From: an uncultured Rhizobiaceae bacterium
Lineage (GTDB): Bacteria; Pseudomonadota; Alphaproteobacteria; Rhizobiales; Aestuariivirgaceae
Assembly: GCA_964574205.1 (NCBI GenBank)
Contig: CAZNLW010000002.1
Span: 1-58,370 of the forward strand
Direction of reading: 5' to 3'
DNA length: 58,370 nt
The notes beneath the pieces were generated by a model that worked only from the letters and a program-made list of their open reading frames with translations, had not been told where the DNA came from and made no database searches. Shown here one piece after another: positions 55,129-58,370 of the stretch (the stretch's first letter is position 1; the number at the start of each line of letters is the position of its first letter). The translations under genes and the position numbers were made by a program.

Positions 55129-56580
55129 ATGAAGAATCTTTCTGTTCTCGACGAGCTGCGCACCGCCGCCGCCAGCCTGGCGGAGAACGCCGCCGGCCTG
55201 TTCGCGCCAACGCTGCGCCTGGGCGTCACGGGCCTTTCGCGCGCCGGCAAGACGGTATTCATCACCTCCCTCGTGCACAATCTCCTGGCCGCCGCCCCTC
55301 TGCCCCTCTTCGAACCGGCCCGGGCCGGGCGCATCCGCCGCTGCTGGCTGGAGCCACAGCCGGAGGCCCACCTGCCACGGTTTGCCTACGAGGATCATCT
55401 GGCCGCGCTCACTGCCGGCGAGAAGCGCCACTGGCCGGAAAGCACCAGCCGCCTTTCCCGCCTGCGCCTGGTCATCGAGTTCGAACCCGCCGGATGGCTT
55501 GCCGGGCTCACCCGCGGCGGCCGGCTCGCTCTCGACATCGTGGACTATCCCGGCGAATGGCTGCTGGATCTGCCCTTGCTGGACATGGACTGGGCCGAGT
55601 GGGCTGCCACCCGCATCGCCCTGGCGGAAACGGAAGACCGACGGCCACTGGCCGCGACATGGCTGGCAGCCATTCGGGAGGTGGATCCGGCCGCGCCATG
55701 GGACGAGGAACGGGCCATCCGCCTCGTGCGTCTCTATCGCGATTATCTGCAGGCCTGCCGGCAGTCGGGCGGCCATTTCTCGGCCCTGCAGCCGGGACGC
55801 TTCCTCATGCCGGGCGACCTGGAAGGCTCGCCCATGCTCACTTTCTGCCCCCTGCCACCGCCGGAGGGAAGGGCACAGAAGCTTCCGCACGGCAGCTTCT
55901 GGCGCGAGATGCAACGGCGCTATGCCGCCTATGTGTCCCATGTGGCCCGGCCCTTCTTCCTGGAGCATTTTGCGCGCATCGACCGCCAGATCGTGCTGGT
56001 GGATGTCCTGTCCGCCCTCAACGGCGGGCCGCGGGCCATCGCGGACCTGCGCGATGCCCTGCAGGCCGTGCTTGCCTGCTTCCGCACAGGCAGTCGCGGC
56101 CTTTTCGCCCGCCGCGCCGACCGCATCCTCTTTGCCGCCACCCGGGCCGATCTCGTCCATCACGAACATCACGCGGCCCTGCGCCGGGTGCTGGCCCTGC
56201 TGGTGGAACAGGCGGCCATCACTGCCGAACACCGCGGCGCCACCATCCGCAGCGAGGCCATCGCGGCCATCCGCGCCACACGCGAGGGGCGTGCCACCAT
56301 CGACGGCCACGATCTGCCCGTGATCATCGGCACCCCGGAAGCGGGCGAAACGATCGACGGCAAGACCTTCGACGGCCGCACCGAGGCCGCCATCTTCCCC
56401 GGTGAACTGCCGGAGGATCCGCGTCGCCTTCTCGTCGGCGACTGGCAGGGCAGGCTCCGGTTCGTGCGCTTCCGCCCGCCGGATGTGCGCCCGCCCCTGC
56501 CGCTGGAACCGGCCCCCTCCTTTCCGCACATCCGGCTGGATTCCGCCCTGCAGTTTCTCGTCGGAGATGTCCTCTCATGA
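55129..56580 (+). CDS. YcjX family GTP-binding protein
   Basis: RLGVTGLSRAGKTVF, DYPGEWLLDLP, PGRFLMPG, DRQIVLVD, PHIRLD. Confidence 0.92.
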   Translation: MKNLSVLDELRTAAASLAENAAGLFAPTLRLGVTGLSRAGKTVFITSLVHNLLAAAPLPLFEPARAGRIRRCWLEPQPEAHLPRFAYEDHLAALTAGEKRHWPESTSRLSRLRLVIEFEPAGWLAGLTRGGRLALDIVDYPGEWLLDLPLLDMDWAEWAATRIALAETEDRRPLAATWLAAIREVDPAAPWDEERAIRLVRLYRDYLQACRQSGGHFSALQPGRFLMPGDLEGSPMLTFCPLPPPEGRAQKLPHGSFWREMQRRYAAYVSHVARPFFLEHFARIDRQIVLVDVLSALNGGPRAIADLRDALQAVLACFRTGSRGLFARRADRILFAATRADLVHHEHHAALRRVLALLVEQAAITAEHRGATIRSEAIAAIRATREGRATIDGHDLPVIIGTPEAGETIDGKTFDGRTEAAIFPGELPEDPRRLLVGDWQGRLRFVRFRPPDVRPPLPLEPAPSFPHIRLDSALQFLVGDVLS

Positions 56581-57716
56581 GCAGACACAAGGATTCAAGG
56601 GATTCAAGGGATTCATCGGAAAAACCGGCCGGCACGCCCGCGCGGCCCACCGCCATCGTGCTTGAGGGCCCGGCCGCCGCAGGCACGGGAAACAACACGG
56701 CCGACACCCCGGCACCCGGGCCGAAGACCCTGCCCGTGAACAGGGTGCGCGAGGAGAGCGAGGACCCCTTCACCCGGCCTGTGCAGACGGCACAAGACAT
56801 GGCCGAAGCTGCCACGACACAGGCAGACCCCCCTTTTCGCACCAGCCTGTGGCTGCGCCTGCTGCTCTCATCCCTTGCCGGCCTCGTTCTTCTGTGGATG
56901 GCGCAAGGCTTCTGGCACTGGATTCAGGCCCGCATGATCGAGGGCACGCCCTTCTCCTGGCTGTTGCTGGCGCTGGCCGTTCTGGCCACGCTCTCCGCCT
57001 TTGCGCTCGTTCTGCGCGAGACTCTGGCACTGTCGCGCCTTGCCCGCATCACCCGCCTGCATCATCAGGCCGAAACCGCACTTGCCGAAAATGACGAAAC
57101 GGCCATGAAGGCTGTCGCGGAGGCCCTGACCACACTCTATGCCCGCCGGCCGGACATGCGCTGGTCGCTCTCTCGCCTGCAGGAGATGGACGAGGCCATG
57201 CTCTCCTCCGCCGAATGGCTGGCTGTGGCGGAAAGGGAGCTCATGGCACCGCTCGATGCCGCTGCCAGACGCGCCATCGTCGTCACGGCCCGGCGCATTG
57301 CCGTGCTCACCGCCATGATTCCGGTGCCTGCACTGGACGTGGGCATTGTCGGCCTGCAGACATTGCGCCTCGTGCGCACCCTCGCCACGCTCTATGGGGC
57401 TCGCCCCGGCTGGCTGGGCGGCTGGCGACTGCTGCGCATGAGCATCGCACACCTCGCCATCGCTGGCGCCATGGCCCTTTCCGACACCGTGTTGCAGACG
57501 GTGCTGGGCAAGGGGCTGGTCGGCCGCCTCTCTGCCCGCTTCGGCGAGGGTGCGGTCAATGCCCTGCTGGCCGTGCGCATTGGCCTTGCCGCCATGGAGA
57601 TCGTCCGCCCCCTGCCCTTCCGCACGCTAGAGAAGCCCTCGTTCGCCACCATGGTCCGCGCCGCCCTCGCACCGGGCCGCGAGACGGATCCGACGGCATC
57701 CGACGAGAAGGGATGA
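56577..57716 (+). CDS. YcjF (TIGR01620/UPF0283) membrane protein
   Basis: Coupled to ycjX; LYGARPG, LSARFGEG, RPLPF. Confidence 0.9.
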   Translation: MSRHKDSRDSRDSSEKPAGTPARPTAIVLEGPAAAGTGNNTADTPAPGPKTLPVNRVREESEDPFTRPVQTAQDMAEAATTQADPPFRTSLWLRLLLSSLAGLVLLWMAQGFWHWIQARMIEGTPFSWLLLALAVLATLSAFALVLRETLALSRLARITRLHHQAETALAENDETAMKAVAEALTTLYARRPDMRWSLSRLQEMDEAMLSSAEWLAVAERELMAPLDAAARRAIVVTARRIAVLTAMIPVPALDVGIVGLQTLRLVRTLATLYGARPGWLGGWRLLRMSIAHLAIAGAMALSDTVLQTVLGKGLVGRLSARFGEGAVNALLAVRIGLAAMEIVRPLPFRTLEKPSFATMVRAALAPGRETDPTASDEKG

Positions 57717-57722
57717 TGGGGG

Positions 57723-58370
57723 TCAGCCCCGCGATGGCGGATGGCCGCGCAAGGCTCGCGCGGCCAGATGACGCAGGGAATCGGGTGCAGCCATGTAGAG
57801 CCGCCGGGCCAGGGGGCGCGCCACGCGCAGGTAGCCCTCGCCCAAGAGGCGCCCCTTCGGCGTGAGCGGCAGATAGTGATCGCGCACCGCCACCACATGA
57901 TCGCTCCAGCTTTCCTTGTGCGGTGCGGCCGGCACCAGCAGATCGAAGATCCGCATGCCGTCCTTCAGCGCCATGAGCTGGGAGAGATGCATGTGCAGTC
58001 GTCCCGGCGAGAAATCCGTGAGCGCATGGTCGTGAGCCGTGATGTAGCAGTAGTGCCGGCCCCGAAAGCGGAAGCCGAGTTCCCAGGAGACCGGCCGCTC
58101 GCCGGCCCGCATCTCTGTCACCACGAGCTCGGCCTCGCCTGTCGCATCCGCATCATGCAGGATGCCGGCCAGGGCATGCATGCCCTCGAAGACCCGTGCC
58201 AGGCCCGGCCATTTCAGCGGGCGCGAATAGAGCCCGCGCGCATCGAGCCACTTGCGCTTCTCCTCGATCAGGCGTGCCACGGCCAGCCGCAGGGCCTCAG
58301 GCTCGCAGACCCGGCAAAAGGTGACCGGGCCGAAGGTGGCCTCGAGCCGCCGTCGGATACGCCGCCGCCG
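57723..58370 (-). CDS. GNAT family N-acetyltransferase (BcsL/CelD-like), 5'-truncated by window edge
   Basis: EKRKWL, SPGRLH, FDLLVPAAPHKESW. Confidence 0.7.
   Translation of the reverse strand, partial: RRRRIRRRLEATFGPVTFCRVCEPEALRLAVARLIEEKRKWLDARGLYSRPLKWPGLARVFEGMHALAGILHDADATGEAELVVTEMRAGERPVSWELGFRFRGRHYCYITAHDHALTDFSPGRLHMHLSQLMALKDGMRIFDLLVPAAPHKESWSDHVVAVRDHYLPLTPKGRLLGEGYLRVARPLARRLYMAAPDSLRHLAARALRGHPPSRG

Noticed and set aside
56591-56615. 9-bp tandem repeat GGATTCAAG (about 3 copies) at the ycjF 5' end
   Set aside because: In-frame unit within a disordered N-terminus, so it cannot cause phase variation

Overview
GC-rich alphaproteobacterial (Hyphomicrobiales-like, inferred from gene content) chromosomal segment made mostly of housekeeping genes. 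It holds prs, a stand-alone TusE/DsrC-like gene, ybjN-proC-TetR, uvrC-pgsA-moaD, a TPP-riboswitch-led thiM-thiE-thiD-dctP-thiC operon, a TRAP dctPQM system with a FadR/GntR regulator, bamE, pyrB-pyrC'-plsY-dprA, rarA, a partial cobalamin cluster (cobK, cbiD, cobA, cobB, cobQ, bluB, cobD), degQ, uvrA, smpB-dapA, slt, hflX, rpmG, a pyruvoyl-dependent arginine decarboxylase and ycjXF. I found no tRNA, rRNA, transposase, integrase or credible CRISPR array. The most striking unannotated signal is a family of non-coding, multi-hairpin repeats at six intergenic sites. One copy looks complete (28421-28635, about 215 bp, imperfect terminal inverted repeats, three hairpin modules). The other five are partial or rearranged. 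Two of them bracket a GC-mosaic LTA-synthase-like gene, and several sit where usually conserved gene neighbours are missing. The second is an orphan TRAP solute-binding protein and a divergent ThiM inside the thiamine operon, suggesting uptake or salvage of an acidic thiamine precursor. All calls were made by eye from motifs, and start codons are best estimates.
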